Positions 17,222 through 26,375 of a DNA stretch of 32,000 bases are shown here, piece after piece. The DNA is from Copranaerobaculum intestinale. GTDB lineage: Bacteria > Bacillota_I > Bacilli_A > Erysipelotrichales > Erysipelotrichaceae. A model generated the notes under the pieces. That model made no database searches and was not told the origin of the DNA. It saw only the letters and a program-made list of their open reading frames with translations. Position 1 is the stretch's first letter. Each line of letters starts with the position of its first letter. The position numbers and the translations under genes are program-made. The stretch is taken from the NCBI RefSeq assembly GCF_009831105.1, contig NZ_WUUQ01000001.1, positions 690,001 through 722,000 on the forward strand. Reading direction: 5' to 3'.

Positions 17222-19694
17222 GCTGTTTCCTCCTTATATAAGATGTGATCATCCATAATACTATGCCGGTTCCGGTCGCTGCCCAACCAAGTGTTTTACC
17301 GGGGGCGTGGAATGATATAACGATATTATGATCGCCGGTTTGAATCGGAAAACCGACAAATGCGGTATTCACTTTCACCGGAGCTATCGATTTGCCGTCT
17401 ACTAAAATTTTATATCCCTTTTGGTAGGGAAGACTGGTAATCAAATAGCCGTCTTTTGATACGCTGACATCACCCTTCAGTACTTCTTTTCCTTCTAATG
17501 CGGACAGCTTTACTTCATCCACCTGCGATCTTCGCTGTTCGATCGCCTGAAGGTCCATGCTGTGAAATTGCATATGACTGATGCGATAGGTCCCTTTTGA
17601 GAAATGTATGACTGCTTTATGATAAGGCTCACTGGATGACAGTGTGTAATGGAAGGTGTGATTTTCATTAGGGTACATCGCTTTTACGCTGGACAGCGTA
17701 TTTTTGATGTCGTTGATCGTAATGCTGATATTTCGGCTCGGCGAAACTTTTACTGCTTCCACATCAAATTGAATGAATAATACTTGCTGATTTGTCTGCG
17801 GAATCATCGGGACAGTTATTTTCGTATCTTTCTTTGCGTCAATCAGATAACCGTCAGCACGCGGGGTAATCGTGACATGCTTTCCGGAAGTCAGCTGAAA
17901 CAATGCTTCGACCGGTTTTATTTTTGAAGTATAGCTGTTTTTGATACCATTCATTGGAACAACAGCCTGGTTGTATATTGTATCCAGATTCATCGGATAG
18001 GGAATTTGTTGAAACTGACTTTGACTCATCAGCTCGCTGGTAGCATAGGCAAGCGGCATCACATCAGGGTTCTCTGCGAGGATACCGGCTTTGATGCGGG
18101 CGATTTCCGTGTACCCAGCGGGCAGAATTTTTTTCGTGAACACATACCGGCAGCCCATCATGCCTTGCATAAAGACATTATTGCTGGAAACATGAGCAGT
18201 GCGGTTACGAATGCTGATCGGATTCTTTAATACATCATAGAAGAATGTATTGTAATCGGCATTCTTCAAGGATGAGTAGGAACTCGGTTTCAACATATTT
18301 TCATGCTGAATCAAATTACTGGTATTCATACTATTGGTGAAATCCTCAAAGCGGCTGTGATCGTCCAGGTAAGAACCGATCAGCTTGGCCTTTCTGGTAT
18401 CATATATCGTTTCATATTTTTTTTCGGTTACAAAGTTCTCAGTATGATTGAGTTGGATACAGGAGAATGCTGCGATGAGATTGATCACAAGGATACCCTG
18501 CTGTTTCTGACTTTGCTGCATCATCCATAGCACAAGCAAGGAGATGATCATATCGGCAGCCAAATAATATGTCTTTTCCTTTGCCAGCAGTGATGCAATA
18601 GCCGGCAGTAGAATAAAGGGAACATGCCAGAGCTTCAACGGTCTTTGATTCAGCGAATTCAAATAAAGAGCGGTGTAGAGAACGATCAGGGGAAGGAAAA
18701 CGATTAAGATTTTCGCTCTGGCATATAGCATTCCGTTCATCAGAAAGGGGATGATCGGAAAGAGAAAAGTGATCGTTAATAGGCGGCTCAGCCAGCGCAT
18801 CGTCTGATTAGAATGCAGCCATCCGGGAACCAGCATCACCCATACAGCGGCGGTAACCCCTGCACCATATGCCTGATAAAATAGACCTTTAAGCGTACTG
18901 TCAGGAATAAGTAATGGAAGGAGGGAGGTATAAGTTCCACTGCGCTGACTCTCCAGCATCGCTGCCAGGGTGGGGAACAGCAGGATACCGCAGATTAGTA
19001 TTCCAATCAAGATCATCAAGCAAAAACTAAGCCAAGACCTCCATTCGAATGCTTGATCTTGAGTAAACCGCAGGATCAAATCGTAGATAAATAGTACAAG
19101 AATAGCAGATACACTGTAGAAGTAACTGTTGAGAATCATCAAAATTACACATATGATCAGCAATTGCTTTCCTTTGTTTTTATAGTGTATGCGATCGATT
19201 GCCAGCAGCCCCAAAAGCAGCCATGGCATATAATTCACAAACATGATCTGTCGGTGGGCATGAAAGAGAATCGGCCCGCTCGAGATCAGTAAGAAGGATG
19301 ACGAAGCAGCGGCAAGTCTTGAACAGTGATGTCCCCGCAGCCAGATATAACAGATGCCGACACTCAGCAGACAGGAGATAATCATACCGCTGATGATGAT
19401 ATCCTTCATCGCTACAAAGGGCAAGCATAAGGAAATCAGCACATCAGGACGAAATAAACCATAGTAAGACAGAAAATAGATATTCTGTCCGCCGCCGATC
19501 TGCCGCATATAATCAGGGAACAGATCATGTGTTTGATAGAACTGCTGCCGGATATCATCAGAAATCGTGATATGCTGGCTCAGCCAGTCGGTTTCAGAGC
19601 CGAATAGATGGCCGGCAGGGACAATGGCATATAGCAGAATCAATGTCAGGATGATCAAGCCGGCGATGATCAGCCCATCTTTTTTATTTTTCAT
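17214..19694 (-). CDS. yfhO: YfhO-family GT-C membrane glycosyltransferase (extracytoplasmic glycosylation of teichoic acid/polysaccharide)
   Basis: 826 aa. N-terminal GHLFGSETDWLSQH motif, about 12 TM helices, a large C-terminal extracytoplasmic domain and a terminal TM. AAGGAG RBS 9 nt upstream. Confidence 0.8.
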   Translation of the reverse strand: MKNKKDGLIIAGLIILTLILLYAIVPAGHLFGSETDWLSQHITISDDIRQQFYQTHDLFPDYMRQIGGGQNIYFLSYYGLFRPDVLISLCLPFVAMKDIIISGMIISCLLSVGICYIWLRGHHCSRLAAASSSFLLISSGPILFHAHRQIMFVNYMPWLLLGLLAIDRIHYKNKGKQLLIICVILMILNSYFYSVSAILVLFIYDLILRFTQDQAFEWRSWLSFCLMILIGILICGILLFPTLAAMLESQRSGTYTSLLPLLIPDSTLKGLFYQAYGAGVTAAVWVMLVPGWLHSNQTMRWLSRLLTITFLFPIIPFLMNGMLYARAKILIVFLPLIVLYTALYLNSLNQRPLKLWHVPFILLPAIASLLAKEKTYYLAADMIISLLVLWMMQQSQKQQGILVINLIAAFSCIQLNHTENFVTEKKYETIYDTRKAKLIGSYLDDHSRFEDFTNSMNTSNLIQHENMLKPSSYSSLKNADYNTFFYDVLKNPISIRNRTAHVSSNNVFMQGMMGCRYVFTKKILPAGYTEIARIKAGILAENPDVMPLAYATSELMSQSQFQQIPYPMNLDTIYNQAVVPMNGIKNSYTSKIKPVEALFQLTSGKHVTITPRADGYLIDAKKDTKITVPMIPQTNQQVLFIQFDVEAVKVSPSRNISITINDIKNTLSSVKAMYPNENHTFHYTLSSSEPYHKAVIHFSKGTYRISHMQFHSMDLQAIEQRRSQVDEVKLSALEGKEVLKGDVSVSKDGYLITSLPYQKGYKILVDGKSIAPVKVNTAFVGFPIQTGDHNIVISFHAPGKTLGWAATGTGIVLWMITSYIRRKQHA

Positions 19695-19899
19695 TCTATT
19701 ACGCTCCTTACGTTATTATTGTGGCAGGTTTTTCTTAATTATTGCGTTAAGTTTTTCTAAAGAAATCTTAATTCAGTCCTCAACATGATTATTAGTAGTA
19801 TAATAAAGACATGATTTTCTTGGGTATCTTATCTGATTATGATAAAATAAAACTGGTATCAAAAAAATTTATATAAATGCATACATGTAAAAAAGCGAG

Positions 19900-20469
19900 G
19901 TGGATGAAGTGAAAAAGGATTTGTTTACCATTCCGAATCTATTATGCTATTTTCGGATACTGTTAGTTCCGGCGTTCCTCTATGTGTTTTCAAATGCCGT
20001 TACCCGTGAGGACTATCTGTTCGCTGCCGGTATTATTCTGATCGGGGGAATTACCGACTTTCTGGACGGCTTCATCGCCCGTAAATTTAATATGATCACC
20101 CAGTTGGGAAAACTGATCGATCCGGTTGCCGATAAACTGATGCAGTTGGCGATCATTGCAGTATTGGCTATAAAGTTTCCGCTGATGCGATTATTGATCG
20201 TACTGTTTCTGATCAAAGAGAGCTCCATGCTGATAGGAAATCTGTACGCAATGAAAACCGCTCATCGTAAGCTGGATGGAGCGAAGTGGTTTGGAAAGCT
20301 CAGTACAGCCGTTTTCTATGTTGTAAGCGTTCTGTTGATTGCTGATCCGCTCATGAAAGCGACATACCGCGACGGTATGATATTCATTGCAATCTTCTTC
20401 ATGTCGCTGTCTTTCTTATTATATTTGCCGGTGTTTTATCAAATGTCTAAGTCTCCGAAAGAGAAATAG
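19900..20469 (+). CDS. CDP-alcohol phosphatidyltransferase family protein (PgsA-like)
   Basis: DFLDGFIARKFNMITQLGKLIDPVADK matches D-x2-DG-x2-AR-x8-G-x3-D-x3-D. 189 aa, multi-TM. The start is GTG 19900 or GTG 19909; the latter is 8 nt after GAGG. Confidence 0.8.
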   Translation: MDEVKKDLFTIPNLLCYFRILLVPAFLYVFSNAVTREDYLFAAGIILIGGITDFLDGFIARKFNMITQLGKLIDPVADKLMQLAIIAVLAIKFPLMRLLIVLFLIKESSMLIGNLYAMKTAHRKLDGAKWFGKLSTAVFYVVSVLLIADPLMKATYRDGMIFIAIFFMSLSFLLYLPVFYQMSKSPKEK

Positions 20470-20603
20470 ACATTTTCTTTTTCTAGGATTGTATAAACGA
20501 AGCGAAAAGCCGTAAGCGCATTCATTTATAGGAAAGCAGGATGCAATTTTTGAAAGCTTACGGTATAATGAACATGAATTTAAAGGAAAGAATGGAGTGT
20601 ACT

Positions 20604-22238
20604 ATGGAAAATCAGATCTATGTAACAGGACATAAGAACCCTGATACCGATTCTATCTGTGCTTCGATTGCATATGCGGAACTCAAGCAGCAGCTGGGAT
20701 TTCCCGCTATCGCTTGCCGGTTGGGAGATTTAAATACGGAAACTGATTTTGTTTTAAAGAAATTTCACGCCGCAGAACCGTTGCTGGTAGATAATGCGAA
20801 GTGCAAGCTGAAAGATATCGACAAGGATGAGGCAGTAACCGTTGATAAGGCGATGACGATCAAGAAGGCTTGGGATATGATTATCCAGATCAAAAACAAG
20901 TCATTGTTTGTAGTGGATGAAGAGCATCACTTATTAGGCGTTGTTTCTATGTCCAACTTATCCAATGTTTTAATGACTGACTTTAAAAATATCCGTGAAT
21001 ATATGATTAATACACCGCTGGAGAACATCCGGGAAACGCTGGAAGCAAATGTGATCGTGGATACTAAGGCATATAAATCAAGCGGGTATGTTCATATTTT
21101 GGTTTCACCGGATATGAGCAGCGTTGAAAATGTACTTCCTGACAGTATTGTCGTGGTCGGCGATAACAAGGAAATTCAGAGCAAAGCGATTAAACAGGGT
21201 GCTTCCTGCATGATCCTGGTATGTTCACAGAGTGTTGATGCGGATATCAAGAAATTGGCAAAAGAGCGGCACTGTGCGGTTTTGCATACACCGTTTGATG
21301 CAATTAAGGTAGCACGCTTAATCTATCAGACACCGTCGATTGAATGTGTGATGCAAAGCGACGTAATGTGTTTCCACGAACGGGAGTTTGTCGATGATGT
21401 ATCGGCAAAGATGTCCAAGACCCGTTTTCGTTCCTACCCGGTTTTGGATGACTATAAGCATGTGATCGGAGCGGTATCTCGTTTCCACTTATTCAATTAT
21501 GAAAAGAAAAAATTTATTCTGCTGGATCATAATGAGCGGTCGCAGAGCGTTGATGACCTGGAGAGTGCAGAAGTTCTGGAAATCGTCGATCATCATCGCA
21601 TCGGTGATATTGAAACATTGAATCCAATCAATTTTAGAAATCAAATTCTGGGCAGTACGTGTACGATCATCGCCCTGTTGTATAAAGAAAATAATTTGGA
21701 ACCGTCTAAGACGATCGCCGGATTGCTGTGCTGTGCGATCATTTCGGATACGATGAATTTTAATTCACCGACATCTACGGGGGTCGATAAAATCATTGCC
21801 AAAGAGTTGGCTGAAATCGCAGAAATCAATTTGGATGATCTTGCTCAGGAGATGTTTGAGGCAGTGGCAACACTGCGTTGGAAGTCATTTGGCGAAATTC
21901 TGTATAATGATTTTAAGGAATATTCGATTGAAGGAAACCGTATCGGAATCGGCCAGATCAATCTGTTGGATATTCGGGAACTCGAGATCATCAAAAAAGA
22001 ATTTGTTACTTATGTAGAGAAAATAAACAATGCCAATAAATATGATCTTCTGCTGATGGTCTTTACCAATGCCGAGGGCAAAGGAAGCAATCTGGTCTTT
22101 GTCGGACAGAAGAGCTGGGTTGTGGAGGAAGCATTCAAGGATTTGATCAAAGATAAACTGTACTTTGTGGATGGCATCGTTTCCCGCAAGAAACAAATCA
22201 TTCCAAGAATTTCCGATATTTTGAAAAATCATGGATAA
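20604..22238 (+). CDS. Family II (DHH) inorganic pyrophosphatase with an inserted CBS-pair/DRTGG regulatory region (CBS-PPase)
   Basis: YVTGHKNPDTDSICASIAYA (DHH motif I), LLDHNE, EIVDHHRIGD, and a regulatory insert of about 250 aa. I prefer ATG 20604 (GGAG 6 nt upstream); this gives 544 aa. Confidence 0.8.
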   Translation: MENQIYVTGHKNPDTDSICASIAYAELKQQLGFPAIACRLGDLNTETDFVLKKFHAAEPLLVDNAKCKLKDIDKDEAVTVDKAMTIKKAWDMIIQIKNKSLFVVDEEHHLLGVVSMSNLSNVLMTDFKNIREYMINTPLENIRETLEANVIVDTKAYKSSGYVHILVSPDMSSVENVLPDSIVVVGDNKEIQSKAIKQGASCMILVCSQSVDADIKKLAKERHCAVLHTPFDAIKVARLIYQTPSIECVMQSDVMCFHEREFVDDVSAKMSKTRFRSYPVLDDYKHVIGAVSRFHLFNYEKKKFILLDHNERSQSVDDLESAEVLEIVDHHRIGDIETLNPINFRNQILGSTCTIIALLYKENNLEPSKTIAGLLCCAIISDTMNFNSPTSTGVDKIIAKELAEIAEINLDDLAQEMFEAVATLRWKSFGEILYNDFKEYSIEGNRIGIGQINLLDIRELEIIKKEFVTYVEKINNANKYDLLLMVFTNAEGKGSNLVFVGQKSWVVEEAFKDLIKDKLYFVDGIVSRKKQIIPRISDILKNHG

Positions 22239-22265
22239 AAAAAGAGATACAAATATTTGTATCTC
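22237..22265 (-). terminator. Terminator for the DUF554 gene (minus strand)
   Basis: Palindrome GAGATACAAATATTTGTATCTC at 22244-22265. An A7 run at 22237-22243 reads as a T7 tail on the minus strand. Confidence 0.55.
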
Positions 22266-22272
22266 AAAAAGG

Positions 22273-22305
22273 GTTGATAAGCACCAAGCTTGTTGACTCT
22301 TTTTT
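22273..22305 (+). terminator. Terminator for the pyrophosphatase gene
   Basis: GTTGATAAGC (22273-22282), loop ACCAA, GCTTGTTGAC (22288-22297), then TCTTTTTTC. The stem includes three G-U pairs in RNA. Confidence 0.45.
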
Positions 22306-22317
22306 CATTGTGATGTT

Positions 22318-22998
22318 TTATAAACCCATAAGCATTGTTAGGAAAATCGAAAGGAATGGCGCTAATATAAAATTTGCTACCTTGATATTGGTTGCCAACG
22401 CAATAATAAGCAGGGATCCGATGCAGGTCATCTGATTGATCATCACCGTGGATAGGTATGGGGCAACAAAATGAGCACATAACGTTAAGGTACCCTCATA
22501 AATAATCAGGGAAAAACCGCTTAATGCAACACCCCATCCAAGCGTCGTAGCCATGACCAAGGTGACAACCCCATCGATCAATGCTTTTGCATATAACGTC
22601 TCATGTACATTGGTCATGCCGCTTTGCAGCGCACCGATGATTGCCATCGCACCGACACAGGTAAACAGCGTACTGTTCACAAAGGCCTTTGCTACGGAAG
22701 TATCATCCTTGCTTTCCTTATGGGGAATATGAGACTGAATAAAGGTTCCAAATTCCATAATTTTTTCATCAAATTTCAGCCATTCACCAATTAGTACTCC
22801 GACTACAATGGATATTACCATCACGACGACGTCACAGCCTTTTAAGGAACCGTTGATACCGACGTATAATACGACGAGCGCCAATCCCTGCATCATAGCT
22901 GTGTTGATGCGTTCCGGAATACCTTTTTTGATGATTACGCCGATGAAACTGCCGATGAATACTGCTATCCCATTGGCGAGAGCACCAGCTAATAACAT
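22318..22998 (-). CDS. DUF554-family membrane protein (YqgA/YdfK-like)
   Basis: MLLAGALANGIAVFIGSFIGVIIKKGIPERI N-terminus. About 226 aa, 6-7 TM helices. I prefer ATG 22998; the track start 23064 adds 22 unconserved-looking residues. Confidence 0.65.
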   Translation of the reverse strand: MLLAGALANGIAVFIGSFIGVIIKKGIPERINTAMMQGLALVVLYVGINGSLKGCDVVVMVISIVVGVLIGEWLKFDEKIMEFGTFIQSHIPHKESKDDTSVAKAFVNSTLFTCVGAMAIIGALQSGMTNVHETLYAKALIDGVVTLVMATTLGWGVALSGFSLIIYEGTLTLCAHFVAPYLSTVMINQMTCIGSLLIIALATNIKVANFILAPFLSIFLTMLMGL

Positions 22999-23105
22999 AG
23001 GTATCACTTCTTTCCGCACCTTACAGTATATGCTTGGAAGCGCTTTTAGTAAAGAAGAAAGCATGGAAAAAACATAAAAAAATTTAAAATTTTATATGTG
23101 AGAAA

Positions 23106-23134
23106 TTGAATTGTTTCACAACATATGCTATTAT
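23106..23134 (+). promoter_or_regulatory. Sigma-A type promoter for tRNA-Thr
   Basis: TTGAAT at 23106-23111, a 17-nt spacer and TATTAT at 23129-23134. The -10 ends 15 nt before the mature tRNA 5' end. Confidence 0.55.
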
Positions 23135-23149
23135 ATGAAAGCAGTTTAT

Positions 23150-23225
23150 GCCGACTTAGCTCATCCGGTAGAGCAACGCACTCGTAACGCGTAGGTGGTA
23201 GGTTCAAGTCCTATAGTCGGCACCA
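23150..23225 (+). tRNA. tRNA-Thr (anticodon CGT), CCA encoded
   Basis: Hand-folded 76-nt cloverleaf. Acceptor GCCGACT/AGTCGGC. D arm GCTC-ATCCGGTA-GAGC. Anticodon arm ACGCA-CTCGTAA-CGCGT, with U33, A37 and an A31-C39 mismatch. T arm GTAGG-TTCAAGT-CCTAT. Ends in ACCA. Confidence 0.9.
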
Positions 23226-23239
23226 GTTATATAGTAAGG

Positions 23240-23268
23240 CACACTTGTTTGATCAAGTGTGTTTTTTT
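23240..23268 (+). terminator. Rho-independent terminator after the tRNA
   Basis: CACACTTG (23240-23247), loop TTTGAT, CAAGTGTG (23254-23261), then TTTTTTT. Confidence 0.8.
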
Positions 23269-23516
23269 ATCACTATCCATGATAAGAAGCTTTATTTTGT
23301 GTATGTGGTAAAGTAATATGAATACATCATTAGATGAAGTCAATATATGATTTTAAAGCATATGAAAAAATCAAAAGCAATTACATTTTATTCATAAAAA
23401 CAAACTACTGCTTTTCTATTAGGCTTTACATAAACAGCCAATATTAATTAAAGGTGCCGCCTTATTGTAAAGCAATGATAGCATCGCTTTTTGATACTCT
23501 GATTTGCTTTATCCTT

Positions 23517-23555
23517 AAAAAAAGGAAAACCTTAAGCAAATTTCATTGCTTAAGG
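23517..23555 (-). terminator. Terminator-like hairpin oriented for the minus strand (orphan)
   Basis: Perfect 10-bp stem CCTTAAGCAA (23530-23539) / TTGCTTAAGG (23546-23555) with a 6-nt loop. On the minus strand it is followed by TTTTCCTTTTTTT. There is no T-run on the plus strand. Confidence 0.4.
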
Positions 23556-23574
23556 AATTGTAAGTCGATATAAT
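23546..23574 (+). promoter_or_regulatory. Candidate promoter of the GGDEF gene
   Basis: TTGCTT at 23546-23551, a 17-nt spacer and TATAAT at 23569-23574, about 80 nt upstream of ATG 23655. Confidence 0.4.
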
Positions 23575-23654
23575 AACTGTAAGAAGATCATATTTTTGTA
23601 ATCCTATGAATATAATAAATGTATTTCGCAGTACAGTCATAAAGAGGGATCATT

Positions 23655-26375
23655 ATGAATCTGAAAGAACGGGCGATTGAATTTGTAAAGCAGGTAGAAA
23701 CGGCATATTTCGTGGATCGGGATATGGATTTTGTCATAGCTGCTTTGGATCCGAACATAATGTGGATAGGTCCGGGTTTCGGTGCGCGATATCAGAGCTA
23801 TGATAAGCTTGTATCCATGCTGAAACAAGAAAAAGAGCTGCAGCGGTTTCCATATGAAATCGTTTGTGAGGAAGCTGCGGCAGTACCGCTGAGTGATGTC
23901 CTATGTCAGGTGTATATGACAATGCAGATTCAGGATAAGGAATTTGAAGCTGGAACGCAGCAGATGAAGCTTCACAGTTCAGCAGTATTGGAAGAAATGG
24001 CGGAAGGCTTTCGCATAAAGAGCTTTCACGTATCTCTGATAGAACATCCCGAGCGTACACATGCAAATATCATGGGGACGTTCCAAAATGAAAGTAAGGA
24101 TTTATTGAAACAGGTAATCGATGAAAAAAATCGTGAACTGGAAGCAACCAATGAGGATTTAAAGCGATTGACCGCTAATTTACCGGGTGGTATCTTTCGT
24201 TGTCAGTATGATGATGATCTGACACTGCTTCAAATGAGCGATGGTTTTTTAACGATGATAGGTTATACGCGTAAAGAAATCGAGCAGGAGCTGCACAATA
24301 GCTTTAAGAAACTGATTGATCCCCGCGATTATAAAAAAACCCTTGATGATGTAGCAAGTCAGATGGCAAAGGGACCGGCGAAAACGCTTGAATATCGTAT
24401 TATACGCAAAGATGGCAGTATCATCTGGGTTTTGGATAAAGGAATGCTGATCCGAAAAGACCATGAAATACCATGTTTTCACTGTATTCTGGTCGATATA
24501 ACCGAAGGCAAGCTTGCCCAGGAAGAGCTGCGTCTGGCTCTGGAAAAGCATCAGATCATTACAAATCAAACGAATGACATAATTTTTGAATGGAATGTTG
24601 CAGAGGATCATTTTACATTTTCGAGTAACTGGGAAAAGAAATTCGGTTATCCGCCGATGAATGAAAACAATACGGAACGGATTACGGCGAGATCACATCT
24701 GCATCCGGAAGACGGTGTGAAAATAAAGGAGTCGCTCAAACGCATCCGCGAGGGACATCCCTATGAGGTTCATGATGTGCGAATCCGCGACAGTCATGAT
24801 AAATATATCTGGTGCCAGGCTCGGATGACGACGCAATTTGATGAACAGGGAAAGGCAATTTCTGCCGTTGGGGTTTTGATTGATATTGACCGGATGAAAA
24901 AACAATCGGAAAAACTGAAACAAAAGGCAGAGCAGGATTCCCTGACAAAGCTTTTAAACAAAGAAGCATCACAGGACTTTATCGAAGAGGTGATTCACCA
25001 GTCTGAGGATCAGCATGCGGTTATGATTATCGACATTGATGATTTCAAGAAGGTAAATGATACAATGGGTCATTTATTTGGAGATGCGTTCTTATCAGAG
25101 GCCGCAGTGAATCTGAAACAGCTGTTTCGCGGCAGTGATGTCGTCGGACGGATCGGCGGTGATGAATTTATCGCACTTATTTGTAATATCCATTCAGCTA
25201 GCGATGCCGAAAAGAAGGCCAAGGAAATTATCCATGCGGTACATTGTTTGTCTGCCGATGATGCAATGCCTTTTGAAGTATCCTGCAGTATAGGCATCGC
25301 GCTGTATCCAGATTGCGGCACATCTTTTCATGAACTCTATCATCGAGCTGATCTCGCCTTATATAAAGCCAAGAATGAAGGCAAGAATCGTTATGTCATT
25401 TGTGATAAAGCGTCTTTATTTGATACGGGTACTCTTCCTAATGTCTTTCATAAAACAGCAATCAGTAATCGTATCGATTCTGATGAAGCTGAACAGCGCT
25501 CCATTATGGAAAATCTGATTGAGCATACATTTAAAATATTATATCAATCCATAGATTTAGAATCGGCAATTCAGAACATCCTAAAGATTGTCGGGGAATA
25601 TTTTGATGTCAGCCGTGCGTATATATTTGAAAACACTGAGGATGATTTATACTGCTCCAATACCTTTGAATGGTGCAACGCGCAGATTGAACCAGAAAAG
25701 CAGAATCTTCAGCATGTATCCTATACGTCCGATTTAGGCGGTAAATATCTTGATAATTTTAATGAGGATGATATCTTTTACTGCCGCAATATCGATGATC
25801 TGCCAAAGCAGCAATATGATATCCTTGCACCCCAGGGTATACGTTCTATGCTGCAGTGTGCAATTCGGGATAATGGACAGTTTAAAGGCTATGTTGGTTT
25901 TGATGAATGCCGTAAAAATCGTTTTTGGACAAAAGAACAGATCAATGCGCTTACTTTCATTGCCGGTATGTTAAGCATATTTTTGATCAAGGATCGGATG
26001 AAGCATCGCCTTGAACAATCGGCTGCCGGGCTGCGGACGATTTTAGATAATCAGAATTCGTGGATTTATGTGGTAGAGCCGGATACCTTGAAAATGCTGT
26101 ATATCAATCAGAAAACGCGTGACTTGGTGCCGGGAGTACAACTTGGTGATACCTGTCACAAGGCTTTCTTCAATCGTGATACACAATGTGAGAAATGTCC
26201 GCTTAAAGGATTGGTGAACGGAAAATGCAACCATACGCTGGAGGTTTATAATTCTTATTTGAATAAATGGTCACTGGCTGACGCTTCTTTGATTTTGTGG
26301 GATGGTAAATCGGCCTTGCTTCTGACTTGTCATGATATTTCCGGTTTTCATTTACAGGAAAATAAAGATCGCTGA
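23655..26375 (+). CDS. Multidomain diguanylate cyclase: NTF2/SnoaL-like N-domain, coiled coil, two PAS domains, GGDEF with I-site, then C-terminal GAF and a Cys-rich PAS-like domain
   Basis: GGDEF at 25155-25169 (RIGGDEFIAL). RGSD lies 5 residues upstream (25128-25139), which is an RxxD I-site. DIDDFKKVNDTMGHLFGD. PAS-like blocks LPGGIFRCQ...ILVDITE and IIFEWN...VLIDID. GAF-like IVGEYFDVSRAYIFEN...GYVGFDE. C-x10-C-x2-C-x9-C at 26154-26228. AGAGGGA RBS. Confidence 0.85.
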   Translation: MNLKERAIEFVKQVETAYFVDRDMDFVIAALDPNIMWIGPGFGARYQSYDKLVSMLKQEKELQRFPYEIVCEEAAAVPLSDVLCQVYMTMQIQDKEFEAGTQQMKLHSSAVLEEMAEGFRIKSFHVSLIEHPERTHANIMGTFQNESKDLLKQVIDEKNRELEATNEDLKRLTANLPGGIFRCQYDDDLTLLQMSDGFLTMIGYTRKEIEQELHNSFKKLIDPRDYKKTLDDVASQMAKGPAKTLEYRIIRKDGSIIWVLDKGMLIRKDHEIPCFHCILVDITEGKLAQEELRLALEKHQIITNQTNDIIFEWNVAEDHFTFSSNWEKKFGYPPMNENNTERITARSHLHPEDGVKIKESLKRIREGHPYEVHDVRIRDSHDKYIWCQARMTTQFDEQGKAISAVGVLIDIDRMKKQSEKLKQKAEQDSLTKLLNKEASQDFIEEVIHQSEDQHAVMIIDIDDFKKVNDTMGHLFGDAFLSEAAVNLKQLFRGSDVVGRIGGDEFIALICNIHSASDAEKKAKEIIHAVHCLSADDAMPFEVSCSIGIALYPDCGTSFHELYHRADLALYKAKNEGKNRYVICDKASLFDTGTLPNVFHKTAISNRIDSDEAEQRSIMENLIEHTFKILYQSIDLESAIQNILKIVGEYFDVSRAYIFENTEDDLYCSNTFEWCNAQIEPEKQNLQHVSYTSDLGGKYLDNFNEDDIFYCRNIDDLPKQQYDILAPQGIRSMLQCAIRDNGQFKGYVGFDECRKNRFWTKEQINALTFIAGMLSIFLIKDRMKHRLEQSAAGLRTILDNQNSWIYVVEPDTLKMLYINQKTRDLVPGVQLGDTCHKAFFNRDTQCEKCPLKGLVNGKCNHTLEVYNSYLNKWSLADASLILWDGKSALLLTCHDISGFHLQENKDR

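Noticed and set aside
20510-20563. 8-bp inverted repeat CCGTAAGC ... GCTTACGG flanking about 38 nt, upstream of the pyrophosphatase gene and next to a TATAAT at 20564-20569
   Set aside because: The arms are short, there is no convincing -35 and no resemblance to a known leader or riboswitch. I cannot distinguish it from chance without conservation data.
23226-23654. 430-bp AT-rich spacer after tRNA-Thr, examined as a genomic-island junction, an invertible promoter or a c-di-GMP riboswitch
   Set aside because: There is no integrase or direct repeat of the tRNA 3' end in the window. No long flanking inverted repeats are present; the best distal pair is 9 bp, about 65 bp apart. I could not recognise conserved GEMM-I/II core sequences. 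Only tiny ORFs without an RBS are present.
23637-23828. 63-aa minus-strand ORF, antisense to the cyclase start, as the gene served by the minus-strand hairpin at 23517-23555
   Set aside because: It starts at a TTG codon with no RBS and has an implausible sequence. I kept the hairpin as a finding but not the ORF.
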